Source of the DNA: Minisyncoccota bacterium
GTDB taxonomy: Bacteria; Patescibacteriota; Minisyncoccia; Phycocordibacterales; Phycocordibacteraceae
DNA: 64,000 bases
Assembly (NCBI GenBank): GCA_035627595.1
Contig: DASPLK010000002.1
Span: forward strand, 224,481-288,480
Direction of reading: 5' to 3'
How positions within the stretch are numbered: the first letter of the stretch is position 1; every line of letters begins with the position of its first letter. Below the pieces are notes generated by a model. The model did not search any database. It saw nothing but the letters and a program-made list of their open reading frames with translations, and was not told the DNA's origin. Made by a program: the position numbers and the translations under genes. Positions 54,635 to 64,000 of the stretch are shown one piece after another.

Positions 54635-55204
54635 CTACGGCAGCACAACGGCGCCCGGACAAAACGATAGGCCAAGATTTGTACCGGCAAATGAATCGTT
54701 CACGTAGCTATCGGTGCCCACGTATATATTAAGCGCGCAAAGTCCTGTCTGGTCGGTACCGAGCGTATTTAGTAGAAACTGCTCCGCACGATGGCGCGCG
54801 TCTGATAGAGGCTCTTCTAAGAGCGCTACGGTGAAGCTTCCGTAAGCTGTATTGAAGATGATGTTCGCGCCGGGGAGCTCGGCTGCTGCAGGACAGTCAT
54901 CTGTCATAAGGCAGTACTCAGGGGAGCCGGCCAGGTAGTACACGCCGGGATTCTGTACATCCTCAATGGTTGTCTCGCTCTTGAGGAAATCACGGATGAC
55001 TACCGAACCGCCGTCCGCAGTTGGAACTTCGACCAGAGGAACGTCCGTAGGCCGTATGTCGCTCGGATCCGCGTTAGGAAATGAAACGGGCGGATCCACC
55101 TCAGCCTGCTCCGGCGTTGTACGAAGTATGAAAAATGCAGCGACACCCACCGCGACAAGCAGCGCTCCAACCGAAAATATTCCTATCATCCAGAGATTTC
55201 GCAT
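54635..55204 (-). CDS. Small membrane-anchored protein, paralog B, conserved C-terminus LGLSFCPGAVVLP
   Basis: N-terminal TM (MIGIFSVGALLVAVGVAAFFIL). Stop is 2 nt before the start of paralog A. Confidence 0.5.
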   Translation of the reverse strand: MRNLWMIGIFSVGALLVAVGVAAFFILRTTPEQAEVDPPVSFPNADPSDIRPTDVPLVEVPTADGGSVVIRDFLKSETTIEDVQNPGVYYLAGSPEYCLMTDDCPAAAELPGANIIFNTAYGSFTVALLEEPLSDARHRAEQFLLNTLGTDQTGLCALNIYVGTDSYVNDSFAGTNLGLSFCPGAVVLP

Positions 55205-55221
55205 ACGAAAATGATAGCACC

Positions 55222-56214
55222 TTAGCCTCCGCCGCGGTTGATACACTGCCGCTGCTTCGCGCTATTTGGATCTGTTACCCAAGCACCAAAGCCCTGAGTA
55301 CGCAGGATGTATGCTGCGGCAGAAGCGCTACAGTTGAGGTTTGCGGCAGCACGCACACACCGATCTACGATTGCGCTTCCAGCAATTGGGTTGCCATTCC
55401 TAAAACCGTCATCGCAGTTCAAAGGCCCCGATACACCTGCTGCTTGATAACAAGCGGCATTCTCGTATGCACGGCTATTTCCATCTAGAAGCACCTGGAA
55501 CGGTCCGGCGGCACTTGAGCCGCGTCCCCAGCGATAGTTTAGGTTCCGCGCTCCACAAGTACTCTCGAAGCGTGCAATGCAGGCGAGCGTGTTGGCGTCG
55601 GCATTCGATATCGAGTAGCCGCCTGCTGCTGCTCCCGCTTTTACGAGGACCGGGTCGCATGCTCCGGTACCGGTACCGAGCGGGCCGTCATATCCGCCGC
55701 CAGTAAAGACATCAATGACGGAAGGCAGCGGCGTAGGCGGTCCTGACGCCTGGAAGCATCGCGGTGCGCCGCCTGGTGCGAGTATTTCGCTCCATGGACC
55801 AAAGCCGACCTCAGGTCCTGCGTCATAGAGCACTTTCATTACAAAATCGACCACGAGCCACGCGGACAGCACGACAAGCGTGCCAATAACTGCGTTCCCG
55901 ATCAACTTCCTTCCTGCTTCTCTGCTGTGCGCGTTTGTGCTCGAAAGCATGAACATGACGCCGGCGTATACGATCGTGAGGACAATAATGATGATGGAAA
56001 TAGCAACCGCAAAATTCATTAGATTCTGCACTGTTTGCATTACGCATCCCCAATCAGCTGCCGTCGTGATGCGATCGCCGGTCTTAAGCATCTCCTCGTC
56101 TTCGCAGTTACATTCAGGCGGGACGATGGGCCCGAAGAAGGTTGCCGCCTGAGCAGAGAGCGGTACGAAGGTAATAAGCGCAACAAAAATGAGCGGAAGG
56201 AGTGCCACACGCAT
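55222..56214 (-). CDS. VirB2/TrbC-like T4SS pilin N-terminal domain fused to a lytic transglycosylase (SLT/GH23-like, VirB1-like) domain
   Basis: N-terminal pilin-like domain as above. C-terminus LACIARFESTCGARNLNYRWG...AAGPFQVL...AYENAACY matches the SLT pattern (catalytic E-S ... G-x-x-Q ... A-Y). Confidence 0.65.
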   Translation of the reverse strand: MRVALLPLIFVALITFVPLSAQAATFFGPIVPPECNCEDEEMLKTGDRITTAADWGCVMQTVQNLMNFAVAISIIIIVLTIVYAGVMFMLSSTNAHSREAGRKLIGNAVIGTLVVLSAWLVVDFVMKVLYDAGPEVGFGPWSEILAPGGAPRCFQASGPPTPLPSVIDVFTGGGYDGPLGTGTGACDPVLVKAGAAAGGYSISNADANTLACIARFESTCGARNLNYRWGRGSSAAGPFQVLLDGNSRAYENAACYQAAGVSGPLNCDDGFRNGNPIAGSAIVDRCVRAAANLNCSASAAAYILRTQGFGAWVTDPNSAKQRQCINRGGG

Positions 56215-56292
56215 ATGTCTATTGTAGACCGTTCACGCCTAATAGGTATGCACCTTGCCCACAGCCCCAGCTTCCGCTACTGTAGTGACGAA

Positions 56293-56363
56293 GGGCCTAT
56301 AGTTTAATGGTAGAACGTCGGTCTCCAAAACCGTCGGTCGAGGTTCGATTCCTCGTGGGCCCG
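56293..56363 (+). tRNA. tRNA-Trp (anticodon CCA)
   Basis: GGGCCTATAGTTTAATGGTAGAACGTCGGTCTCCAAAACCGTCGGTCGAGGTTCGATTCCTCGTGGGCCCG. Anticodon loop CUCCAAA. No encoded CCA. Confidence 0.8.
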
Positions 56364-56366
56364 CCG

Positions 56367-56831
56367 TTATGTAAGTTCATCCGGTGAGATGATAGCTGTA
56401 AATCCGTCAGCTACGCTCGGAGGATACTCCTGTAGCAAGCGACGCATACGTTCGAGAGCATGTTCCGGAACGGTTCGCGCTCGAAGCACGTTGCGCTCCT
56501 TTGCAGTATCAAGCGGCACATTGAAATACACGCCAACGATCTCGGTTGCGCCATAGCTCTTCGCCTTATCCGCAAAATCTCTGCGGTCCACTGGCTTGTA
56601 CTGAGTTGCATCAAAGACGACGGTCTCTCCCCTTTCGAGCGCTTCTTTCAAACGAAGGAATGCGGTCTCCCACACGAGCCGCATATCCGATTGGATACGC
56701 ACATCTCCCGATATCTCTTGTCGAAGCTCATCAGGAGATATGTAGGCATAGCTGTGCTCTCGCGCGTATTGAAGAAGGGAGGTCGACTTCCCTGATCCTG
56801 GGATGCCAATGCCTGCTATTACCCTACTCAT
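56367..56831 (-). CDS. P-loop kinase/ATPase (AAA_33 / zeta-toxin-like / polynucleotide-kinase-like fold)
   Basis: Walker A VIAGIGIPGSGKST. Walker B-like VVFDAT. 154 aa. Confidence 0.55.
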   Translation of the reverse strand: MSRVIAGIGIPGSGKSTSLLQYAREHSYAYISPDELRQEISGDVRIQSDMRLVWETAFLRLKEALERGETVVFDATQYKPVDRRDFADKAKSYGATEIVGVYFNVPLDTAKERNVLRARTVPEHALERMRRLLQEYPPSVADGFTAIISPDELT

Positions 56832-56854
56832 AGTTACACTCTAGCAAACGCAAA

Positions 56855-56872
56855 AGCCGCCCGAGGGCGGCT
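56855..56872 (-). terminator. Rho-independent terminator downstream of rpmG
   Basis: agccgcc-cgag-ggcggct hairpin. Minus strand continues TTTTGCGTTTGC. Confidence 0.55.
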
Positions 56873-56877
56873 GTTTG

Positions 56878-57030
56878 CTACTTCTTTACCTCCTTGAAGG
56901 TCTCGTGCTTGCGGGTCTTGGGGTCGAACTTCTTAAGCTCGATCTTGCGCTCCACCTTCTTCTTGTTCTTGCGCGTGAAGATCACGTGCCCGGAGGTGCT
57001 CTTCAGCTTTATAAGATGGTCCTGGGACAT
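56878..57030 (-). CDS. rpmG: 50S ribosomal protein L33
   Basis: Minus-strand ORF MSQDHLIKLKSTSGHVIFTRKNKKKVERKIELKKFDPKTRKHETFKEVKK (50 aa) is the L33 family pattern. Not in the ORF track (under 60 aa). The overlapping + ORF 56875..57228 is rejected. Confidence 0.85.
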   Translation of the reverse strand: MSQDHLIKLKSTSGHVIFTRKNKKKVERKIELKKFDPKTRKHETFKEVKK

Positions 57031-57057
57031 AGGGAAAATCTACCAGAGCGCCTCGTC

Positions 57058-59733
57058 TTAGGCAACTACGGACGCCTTCCTCGCGCGTGTAGCAGCCTTC
57101 TTCTTGACCTCGAAGTGCGGTTCCCCGTTCTTCATGGAGACCGTGACGGTACCTCCTTCCATAATGCCCTGACCCACCATAAGCGAGGCGATAGGCGTCA
57201 GAATGGTGTCCTGAATAGCTCGCTTTAGGGGGCGAGCGCCGTACTGTGGGTTATACCCCTTCTCAGCAAGCCACTCCTTAACGGCCGGGTCGATTGCAAG
57301 CGAAATGCGCTTGCCTCCCAGACGCTCTACAACCTCCCTGACCTGCTTCTCGACAATCTTGCCCAACGCTTCCTTATTGAGGACGTCGAAGATGACGATG
57401 TCATCGAGGCGGTTCAGGAACTCTGGACGGAAGTGGTTCTTGAGGGTCTCCATGACCTTATCCTTAACCGCCGCATAGCGTTCGGTCTCCTCCTTATCAG
57501 AGTGTCCGAAACCAATATTGACCATGCGGTCCATGAACTCGGCTCCAATGTTAGAAGTCAGAATAATGATGGTGTTCTTAAAGTTCACCTTCCTACCCTT
57601 GCTGTCCGTCAGGTGCCCAGAATCAAGCACCTGGAGAAGTATATTGAAGACTTCCGGATGCGCTTTTTCGATCTCATCGAACAAGACGACCGCATATGGG
57701 CGATGACGGATGCGTTCGGTGATAGAACCGGACTCCTCATAACCGACATAACCTGGAGGAGCACCAATGAGCTTTGCAATCGAGTGCTTCTCCATGAACT
57801 CGGACATGTCGACTCTAACGAGCGCGTCTGTGTCGTTAAACATAAACTCCGCAAGCTTTCTCGAGAGCTCAGTCTTACCGACACCAGTAGGTCCGAGGAA
57901 CAGGAATGAACCTATAGGACGGTTTGGATCTGCAATACCTACACGGGAACGCTTTACTGAGTTGGAGATGATCTTTACGGCAGCGTCCTGGCCAATCACG
58001 GATGCGGTGAGCTCTTCCTCCATGCGCGCAAGCTTTGCCGCCTCTTCCTCAAGCATCTTTTGTACTGGGATGCCGGTCCAGCGGGAGACGACGCCAGCAA
58101 TTTCCGCCTCCGTTACCTCCTCGTGGAGAATGCGGCGGGACTTCTGTAGCGTCTTCAAACGCTTCGTCTTGGCTTCGAGATCCTTCTGGATAGCCGGCAT
58201 ACGGCCATACCGTATCTCTGCGGCGGTCCCGAGGTCTGCAGAGGCTTCAGCAGCATCCGCCTGGACACGCAGCGAGTCGAGTTCCTTCTTGGCAGCACGA
58301 ATGTCCTGCAAGACTTCCTTCTCGTTCTTCCACTTAAGCTCAAGCTCTGCGGTTTTCTCCCGTAGGTCTGCTATCTCGGTATCGATTGCCTTAATGCGGT
58401 CCTTCGTTTCCTTAGACGTGGCGATGTCCTCGTCCTTCTTCAGCGCCTGGCGCTCAATCTCGATACGGCGAATCTTGCGATCGGTCTCCTCCAATAGAGG
58501 CGGCTTATTCTCTAGTGCAATACGAAGGCCAGAGGCGGCCTCATCGATGAGGTCGATTGCCTTATCTGGGAGGTAGCGGTCGGTGATGTAGCGCGATGAG
58601 AGTTCTACAGCTGAAACGATTGCGCCGTCGGTAATACGGACACCGTGATAAAGCTCGTAGCGATCGCGTAACCCACGGAGAATCGCCACCGCGTCCTCAG
58701 TTGAAGGTTCAGCCACAAATATCGGCTGGAAGCGACGGGTAAGAGCGCCATCCTTTTCGATGTGCTGCTGGTACTCCTTGATGGTGGTCGCGCCAATCAT
58801 ACGGATCTCACCACGTGCAAGCGCGGGCTTCAGCATATTTGAGGCATCCATTGCGCCTTCTGCGGCGCCGGCGCCAACAAGCGTGTGAAGCTCATCGACA
58901 AAGAGGATGACCTTTCCTTCAGCCTTCTCGACTTCCTTCATAACAGCCTTCATGCGCTCCTCGAACTCGCCGCGATACTTGGTTCCGGCAATCATGAGGC
59001 CGAGGTCGAGCGAAAGAAGCTCCTTGTTCTTAAGCGACTCGGGTACGTCACCTGAGGCGATGCGCGCAGCAAGACCCTCAGCAATTGCCGTCTTGCCGAC
59101 ACCACCCTCGCCGATTAGGACCGGGTTGTTCTTTGTGCGGCGCGAGAGAATCTGTATGACGCGGTATATCTCCTGGTCACGGCCGATGACAGGATCAAGA
59201 TCGTTCTCGGCAGCGAGTTTCGTGAGGTTGCGGGTGTACTTAGCAAGTGCACGAAAGCGCTTTGGCTCTGCCACCTGCCCCTCCTTGGAAGTCTTAAGTT
59301 CCTTAAGGACTTGTTGAACGGTGTCCTCATCTATTCTGAAGCGAGAAATGATATCCGCTGCAGGTCCCGGATGCTCGAGAACCGCCACAAAGAGGTGCTC
59401 GGTGCCGACATAAGGGTCGTTCATACGGGCAGCAACCTTGCCGGCAGCCTCAAGGGCCTGTGCGAGGTCAGGAGTTAGATAAAGGCTATAGCTCGGGGAA
59501 AGCACGCTCGCTGTTTCGGGAGATTCAAGTATCTCAAGTAGCGTATCGGAAAGGAGCATCGTATCGACATCCATGCGGTCGAGCACAGAGAAGACGAGGC
59601 TTTCCTCCTGGTGTATGAGGGCGGTCAAAAGATGCAGGGGCGAAACGTGGTTCTGCCCGCGCTCTATAGCAAGCTCATGCGCCTTCCGTATGGCTTCTTT
59701 AGCCTTGGTGGTGAAGTTCTTGAATGGTGACAT
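57058..59733 (-). CDS. clpB: Chaperone ClpB (Hsp100, two AAA+ modules with middle coiled-coil)
   Basis: Clp_N repeats. NBD1 [15 protein letters not shown]. Middle domain. NBD2 [19 protein letters not shown]. 891 aa. Confidence 0.95.
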   Translation of the reverse strand: MSPFKNFTTKAKEAIRKAHELAIERGQNHVSPLHLLTALIHQEESLVFSVLDRMDVDTMLLSDTLLEILESPETASVLSPSYSLYLTPDLAQALEAAGKVAARMNDPYVGTEHLFVAVLEHPGPAADIISRFRIDEDTVQQVLKELKTSKEGQVAEPKRFRALAKYTRNLTKLAAENDLDPVIGRDQEIYRVIQILSRRTKNNPVLIGEGGVGKTAIAEGLAARIASGDVPESLKNKELLSLDLGLMIAGTKYRGEFEERMKAVMKEVEKAEGKVILFVDELHTLVGAGAAEGAMDASNMLKPALARGEIRMIGATTIKEYQQHIEKDGALTRRFQPIFVAEPSTEDAVAILRGLRDRYELYHGVRITDGAIVSAVELSSRYITDRYLPDKAIDLIDEAASGLRIALENKPPLLEETDRKIRRIEIERQALKKDEDIATSKETKDRIKAIDTEIADLREKTAELELKWKNEKEVLQDIRAAKKELDSLRVQADAAEASADLGTAAEIRYGRMPAIQKDLEAKTKRLKTLQKSRRILHEEVTEAEIAGVVSRWTGIPVQKMLEEEAAKLARMEEELTASVIGQDAAVKIISNSVKRSRVGIADPNRPIGSFLFLGPTGVGKTELSRKLAEFMFNDTDALVRVDMSEFMEKHSIAKLIGAPPGYVGYEESGSITERIRHRPYAVVLFDEIEKAHPEVFNILLQVLDSGHLTDSKGRKVNFKNTIIILTSNIGAEFMDRMVNIGFGHSDKEETERYAAVKDKVMETLKNHFRPEFLNRLDDIVIFDVLNKEALGKIVEKQVREVVERLGGKRISLAIDPAVKEWLAEKGYNPQYGARPLKRAIQDTILTPIASLMVGQGIMEGGTVTVSMKNGEPHFEVKKKAATRARKASVVA

Positions 59734-59785
59734 AGGGCAGAAATATGAAGCTAGTAATACTTATGTAGACGAACCAGACGCTACG

Positions 59786-60532
59786 TTATGTAGCCGGCGC
59801 GTCTAGCAAGGTGGAGATGAGTTCCGCACCCACATAGACGCCTGTGGTGCCGGTAGAGAGACCGACCACATCGCCTTCGAGGTTTACCGCAGCAGCACCT
59901 GCAGGGACAACCGGAAGCGTAGTGTAGATGCCTGAGGCGTCTACTTTCGAGATAATGCCGGTTGCAGCTGCGCGGTCAGCAGTTATTGCGATAACCGTCT
60001 GACCGGCACGCAGGTCGCTCGTAGCAAGACGAGCTGCGGATGCTACCTGTGGAAGCGCAGCGTCATCTGCGAATCCATATACGCCCACATCGTCACTGGT
60101 GCGGGACAGTGACGCCTGCGCCACCGAGCCGTCGGCGAACTGAATGACCGCTTCTTGCGGAAGCTCGGGGCGCATAGTGGTAGCGACGATGCGAGACTTC
60201 GCGAAGTACACACCGACCGCAACCGCTGGTGTCGACGTCGCGCCCGTGTGGATGGTGACCGTACGTGCTGCAGCACCCTGGATAGCGTTTGTTAGGCGCT
60301 CTTCCTGCGTGGGTGCTGCAGGCTGGCTCGGGATGGTCACTATCGGAATAGGGCCTTCAGCCGAGACAGTCTCGACGGTGCGCTCCACAATCTGATTGAT
60401 CGTGCGGGTAACCGTCGGCGGCGCCTGATCCAAAAGAGATACGGTAAGGACGCCGGTAGCAATAGATACCACAAAGTTCACGAGCACCATGAGAAGCAGA
60501 AGCTGCGATTTCGAGAGGTCCTCAATGTTCAT
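59786..60532 (-). CDS. Hypothetical membrane-anchored protein with degenerate trypsin-like fold (no obvious catalytic Ser)
   Basis: N-terminal TM. Ala/Thr-rich. Weak resemblance to HtrA-type beta-barrels. Confidence 0.4.
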   Translation of the reverse strand: MNIEDLSKSQLLLLMVLVNFVVSIATGVLTVSLLDQAPPTVTRTINQIVERTVETVSAEGPIPIVTIPSQPAAPTQEERLTNAIQGAAARTVTIHTGATSTPAVAVGVYFAKSRIVATTMRPELPQEAVIQFADGSVAQASLSRTSDDVGVYGFADDAALPQVASAARLATSDLRAGQTVIAITADRAAATGIISKVDASGIYTTLPVVPAGAAAVNLEGDVVGLSTGTTGVYVGAELISTLLDAPAT

Positions 60533-60564
60533 ATATATAAGTATACCGCCATCGGCATACGAGG

Positions 60565-61722
60565 CTAGCCTGTGTATGAATCGAGAAACGCGACCGTTTC
60601 GATAAGTGCTTTAGCAAAGCGCCGTATCTCCCCTTCGCGAGTGGACGGGCCAAAGGATACGCGCAGGGTTGAGGCGGCGCGGACAGCGTCCCCGGTCATA
60701 TACAATACGACCCGCGACCCTTCTGCGTCGGTCTCACAAGAGCTCCGGGTAGAGACCGCATAACCCCGCTCGTCCAGCAGTGCAACCAGATAATCTGTAT
60801 CGCGTCCCAGAAGCGATAGGTTCAGGATATGGGGCACCTGCGCCTTTCCTCCGTTTATGACTAATCCTTCAATTGAATCGATGTCTGCCAGTAGCCGAGC
60901 GCGCAGGGAAGTGGAGTGACGAGAAAAATCCCCATGTCCCTTCTGACACTCAGAAAGAGATGCTGCGAATGCTGCGATGAGCGCCGAGGGCTCAGTTCCT
61001 GATCGCAGTCCCCGTTCCTGCCCTCCTCCTTCAACAATTGGCTGCAATGGGATGTAGCGTGGTGCCACCAGAAGCCCCGCACCTCGTACCCCTCCCACCT
61101 TCTGAGCGTCGAGCGTGATGAGATCCGCTCCAAGTCGTGCGCGCGTTATCGATTCAATCATGGGCAGCTGGCTAGCGTCCGCATGTATAAGCACATCGCT
61201 TCTTCCCGCCTCGACCAGCGCGCGCCGGATGCCCCGCACGTCGTAGCGCGTACCTGTCTCCCCACAGACGACATCAATTGAGATTAAGTAGGTCTCCTGT
61301 CGAAGCTGGGCCGCAAGTCGCGCCAGGTCGACCGCCCCTTCTGTTATATGGAGCGGTTCGATTTGAACACCCTCCCTTCCAAGTCCTTCGATGGTGCGGA
61401 GGCTCGAGGAATGTGCGGTAGGGAGGTAGAGAATATGTAAGTCCGGAAGCGACCTTCCGCTTCCCTTCAACGCTCCCGCAAGTGCAAGCGCATTTGCCTC
61501 AGTCGCACCGCTCGTGAATATGACGTCGTCCGCCTTTACCTCCATAAGGCGTGCGATCCTCGTCCTGGCCTCCTCTACCACCTTCTTCGCCTCTCGCCCC
61601 TCCATATGTGGCGCTGACGGGTTGCCGAAATGCTTTGTACCCTTTAAGAATGCACGGAACGCCGCGGCTGTTGGGGGAGCCGCAGAAGCCCAGTCAAGAT
61701 AGGTGCGGGAACGCATACGCAT
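60565..61722 (-). CDS. Cysteine desulfurase (class V aminotransferase, NifS/IscS-like)
   Basis: FTSGATEANALALAG. HADASQ. PLP-Lys region TLDAQKVGGVRGAGLL. Active-site Cys near the C-terminus. Confidence 0.8.
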   Translation of the reverse strand: MRMRSRTYLDWASAAPPTAAAFRAFLKGTKHFGNPSAPHMEGREAKKVVEEARTRIARLMEVKADDVIFTSGATEANALALAGALKGSGRSLPDLHILYLPTAHSSSLRTIEGLGREGVQIEPLHITEGAVDLARLAAQLRQETYLISIDVVCGETGTRYDVRGIRRALVEAGRSDVLIHADASQLPMIESITRARLGADLITLDAQKVGGVRGAGLLVAPRYIPLQPIVEGGGQERGLRSGTEPSALIAAFAASLSECQKGHGDFSRHSTSLRARLLADIDSIEGLVINGGKAQVPHILNLSLLGRDTDYLVALLDERGYAVSTRSSCETDAEGSRVVLYMTGDAVRAASTLRVSFGPSTREGEIRRFAKALIETVAFLDSYTG

Positions 61723-61780
61723 GTGTCTAGCCTGCCACGTTGATTGCATTTGGCAAAGCGCTGTGGTGTACTCAATATAT

Positions 61781-63253
61781 ATGGCAACCGCGTCCCGAGC
61801 GCCAATAGTCGCTGTTATGGGTCATATCGACCACGGCAAGTCCTCCCTCCTCGATTACATCAGGAAGGCGAACGTTACCGCAGGCGAGGCAGGCGGCATC
61901 ACTCAGCACGTCTCTGCATATGAGGCGGTTCATGAGCATGAGGGTACTCCCCGCTCCATTACCTTCCTTGATACCCCCGGGCACGAGGCATTTCGTACCC
62001 TTCGCTCACGCGGTGCAGCTGCGGCCGATATCGCTATCCTTGTGGTAGCTGCAGACGAGGGCGTAAAGCCCCAGACCATGGAAGCGCATGCGGCCATACT
62101 CGAGAGCGGCATCCCCTACGTTGTCGCGTTCACGAAAATGGACAAGAACGGCGCAGACATGACGCGCGCGCAGAGCTCTGTGCTCGAACACGGCATCTAC
62201 CTTGAAGGGCTTGGTGGCGATGTGCCGTACGCACCAGTATCGTCTAAAAGCGGGGAGGGCGTTCCAGAACTACTGGACCTCGTCCTTTTGACCGCAGATC
62301 TCGCAGAACTTATCGCAGACACGTCCTTGCCTGCCACCGGCTTCGTACTCGAATCCTCACAGGATCCAAAGCGCGGCATTTCTGCGACTCTCATCATCAA
62401 GAACGGCACACTCATGACCGGATCTTTCGTCGTTGCAGGCGCTGCCATGACCCCGGTGCGCTTCATTGAGAACTTTACGGGTACACGTATCCCTACCGCG
62501 GGCCCTTCGCAGCCAGTACGCATCTCAGGCTGGGACCGTCTACCCGCTGCCGGTACGCCATTTGCGCTTGTCTCGACCAAGAAGGAGGCTGAGAAAATAA
62601 TGAGCGGGGTTGCAGCTGCTAAGCCAAAGGACGAGGAGTCGTTTGGAGACAAGGCCATATTCCCAATTATCGTTAAGGCGGACGTTACGGGCTCTATCGA
62701 AGCAATCAAGCACGAGCTCGCCAAGGTCGTCCATGATCGCGCAGCTATCCGCATCGTCGGCGAAGGAATTGGTGCGGTCTCCGAGAATGATGTGAAGCAG
62801 GCAGCAGCAGGCGGTGCAACCATTATTGCTTTCACGGTTGGCACCGAATCAGGCGCGCGCGATATCGCAGAGCGTATGAATGTTTCAATAGAGTCGTTCC
62901 AGATCATCTACGATCTCAATGACCGCCTTACCGCCCTTTTGACCGAGCGTGCTCCGAAGATCACTGTCGAGGAAGTCACGGGTGAGGCGAAGATCCTAAG
63001 GATATTTAGCACGACGGGTAACAAGCGCGTCCTTGGCGCAAATCTCCTTACCGGCTTTATCCGGCTTGGTGACTCTGTGCGACTCTCCCGCCGCGGCATC
63101 GAACTTGGATACGGCAAGGTCGTAAACCTGCAGCAGGCCCGCGCTGACGTAAAGGAAATCAAAACGGAAGGGGAGTTCGGCGCGCAAATCGAGACCAAGG
63201 TAGATATCGCACAGGGCGACACGGTTACGCCGTTCACGCTCGAGACAAAATAA
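61781..63253 (+). CDS. infB: Translation initiation factor IF-2 (short form lacking long N-terminal domains)
   Basis: G domain [18 protein letters not shown]...DTPGHEAF...AFTKMDK. C-terminal beta-barrels. Start at MATASR. Confidence 0.9.
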   Translation: MATASRAPIVAVMGHIDHGKSSLLDYIRKANVTAGEAGGITQHVSAYEAVHEHEGTPRSITFLDTPGHEAFRTLRSRGAAAADIAILVVAADEGVKPQTMEAHAAILESGIPYVVAFTKMDKNGADMTRAQSSVLEHGIYLEGLGGDVPYAPVSSKSGEGVPELLDLVLLTADLAELIADTSLPATGFVLESSQDPKRGISATLIIKNGTLMTGSFVVAGAAMTPVRFIENFTGTRIPTAGPSQPVRISGWDRLPAAGTPFALVSTKKEAEKIMSGVAAAKPKDEESFGDKAIFPIIVKADVTGSIEAIKHELAKVVHDRAAIRIVGEGIGAVSENDVKQAAAGGATIIAFTVGTESGARDIAERMNVSIESFQIIYDLNDRLTALLTERAPKITVEEVTGEAKILRIFSTTGNKRVLGANLLTGFIRLGDSVRLSRRGIELGYGKVVNLQQARADVKEIKTEGEFGAQIETKVDIAQGDTVTPFTLETK

Positions 63254-63597
63254 TGGGAAACATACACGATAAGAAGGTAGCCACGGTGCTCACGGAGCAA
63301 GCGGCAAAGTACATCGCACGCGAGGCGGGCCGCGAGACGCTCATCACCCCTACCCGGTCGGACGTATCTCGGGATGGCAAGAACGCAACCATCTATGTAT
63401 CCGTGTTTCCGGATGCGCAGAAGGATCATGCGCTGGCGTTCCTCAAGCGGCACAAGGACCTCTTCCGCGATTCACTAAAGAAGGGCACGCGCCTCTCCAG
63501 ACTTCCCTACATCACGTTCGAATTCGACTATGGTGAGCAGAATCGCCAGCACTTGGACGAGCTTTCAAAGCAGATTGAGGATGGCGCAGCAGACTAG
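63253..63597 (+). CDS. rbfA: Ribosome-binding factor A
   Basis: KH-like fold TITRVEVSRDLRHATVYVS-type pattern (ITPTRSDVSRDGKNATIYVSV). Overlaps the infB stop. Confidence 0.8.
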   Translation: MGNIHDKKVATVLTEQAAKYIAREAGRETLITPTRSDVSRDGKNATIYVSVFPDAQKDHALAFLKRHKDLFRDSLKKGTRLSRLPYITFEFDYGEQNRQHLDELSKQIEDGAAD

Positions 63598-63620
63598 CAT
63601 AGGCTAGTATCAGAAGCACT

Positions 63621-63693
63621 GGCCCAGTGGTGAAGTGGTAACACAGGAGTCTGCAAAACTCCCATTGCGCGGGTTCGATTCCCGCCTGGGCCT
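63621..63693 (+). tRNA. tRNA-Cys (anticodon GCA)
   Basis: GGCCCAGTGGTGAAGTGGTAACACAGGAGTCTGCAAAACTCC...GGGTTCGATTCCCGCCTGGGCCT. Anticodon loop CUGCAAA. Confidence 0.8.
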
Positions 63694-63719
63694 CTAAATT
63701 GTGCTATCGTCTCCGATAG

Positions 63720-63806
63720 GCCGGGGTGATGAAATTGGTAGACATAGGGGACTTAAAATCCCTAGACCTTTTGGTCGTGTGGGTTCGATTCCCACCCTCG
63801 GCACCA
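63720..63806 (+). tRNA. tRNA-Leu (anticodon UAA), type II
   Basis: GCCGGGGTGATGAAATTGGTAGACATAGGGGACTTAAAATCCCTAG + long variable arm + GTGGGTTCGATTCCCAC + CCTCGGCACCA. Confidence 0.85.
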
Positions 63807-64000
63807 TGAGTATCAGATCGTTCGTTCGCTCCATCCAACGGCGTCTTGATCCGTATGCTCCACTTATAGAGGTGGAGGTGAGCCGTTCAGCACTTATCCA
63901 TAACCTGCACGCATTTCAGAAGCAGCATCCAAAGCTCAGCTTCGCTCCAGTTCTGAAAAGTAATGCATACGGACATGGGCTCGCCCTAGTCGCACACATA
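63806..64000 (+). CDS. alr: Alanine racemase, N-terminal fragment (runs off window)
   Basis: MSIRSF...RSALIHNLHAFQKQHPKLSFAPVLKSNAYGHGLALVAH contains the PLP-Lys motif (V)LKSNAYGHG. ATG overlaps the terminal A of the tRNA-Leu CCA. Confidence 0.75.
   Translation, partial: MSIRSFVRSIQRRLDPYAPLIEVEVSRSALIHNLHAFQKQHPKLSFAPVLKSNAYGHGLALVAHI

Noticed and set aside
56875-57228. 117-aa plus-strand ORF in the track
   Set aside because: It overlaps the true minus-strand rpmG and the 3' end of clpB. It is Leu-rich antisense translation.
1-64000. Mobile elements (IS, transposase, integrase, phage genes) to explain the high-GC cassettes
   Set aside because: No transposase, integrase, recombinase or phage structural ORF was recognised in any frame. 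No terminal inverted repeats were found flanking the cassettes. The foreign-DNA claim rests on composition and context only.

Overview
This 64-kb window is a compact, gene-dense bacterial chromosomal segment of about 53-56% GC. Intergenic regions are short and many genes are joined by 4-nt ATGA overlaps, suggesting translational coupling. Gene content fits a reduced-genome, likely monoderm Patescibacteria/CPR-like organism, but that is an inference from gene content, not a measurement. Supporting signs are a short IF-2, type IV pilin with DsbB/thioredoxin, VirB4-like ATPase and VirB2-like pilins, an ECF sigma with a DUF5667-like anti-sigma, and no biosynthetic operons. Housekeeping genes recognised by motif: uvrA (partial, at the window edge), uvrB, tgt, serS, dprA-topA, rel (RelA/SpoT), parB, miaA, clpB, a nifS-like cysteine desulfurase, infB, rbfA, alr (partial), dnaX, dus, rpmG (L33, missing from the ORF track) and an ABC-F ATPase. 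Five tRNAs are present: Gln-UUG, Leu-CAA, Trp-CCA, Cys-GCA and Leu-UAA. Accessory content: (1) an SOS-type operon lexA-UmuC-like Y-family polymerase-DnaQ/GIY-YIG nuclease with a perfect CGAACAATTGTTCG LexA box. (2) A T4SS-like module with a VirB4-family ATPase, a 938-aa repeat-bearing membrane protein, an acidic protein and an FKBP. (3) A second T4SS-like cluster in which two paralogous VirB2-like pilin domains carry different C-terminal domains, and sit beside two paralogous small proteins. One C-terminal domain has a lytic-transglycosylase ES...GPFQV motif; the other is Cys-rich and of unknown function. The small proteins share a conserved LGLSFCPGAVxLP C-terminus. (4) Three high-GC (about 62-68%), GC3-rich single-gene cassettes, each with its own promoter-like element and hairpin terminator: a glycine-zipper lipoprotein, a multi-HTH LuxR-like protein, and a small unknown protein next to tRNA-Gln. 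These look horizontally acquired or chimeric. (5) A sugar-handling cluster: ROK kinase, SIS isomerase, GH63-like hydrolase, FAD oxidoreductase. (6) A two-component system wedged between uvrB and uvrA. (7) Two structured non-coding stretches (about 315 nt and 265 nt) of unassigned class. No CRISPR array, transposase, integrase or reverse transcriptase was seen. The best candidate for an undescribed system is the pilin-fused hydrolase pair with its paralogous small partners at 53.1-56.2 kb.
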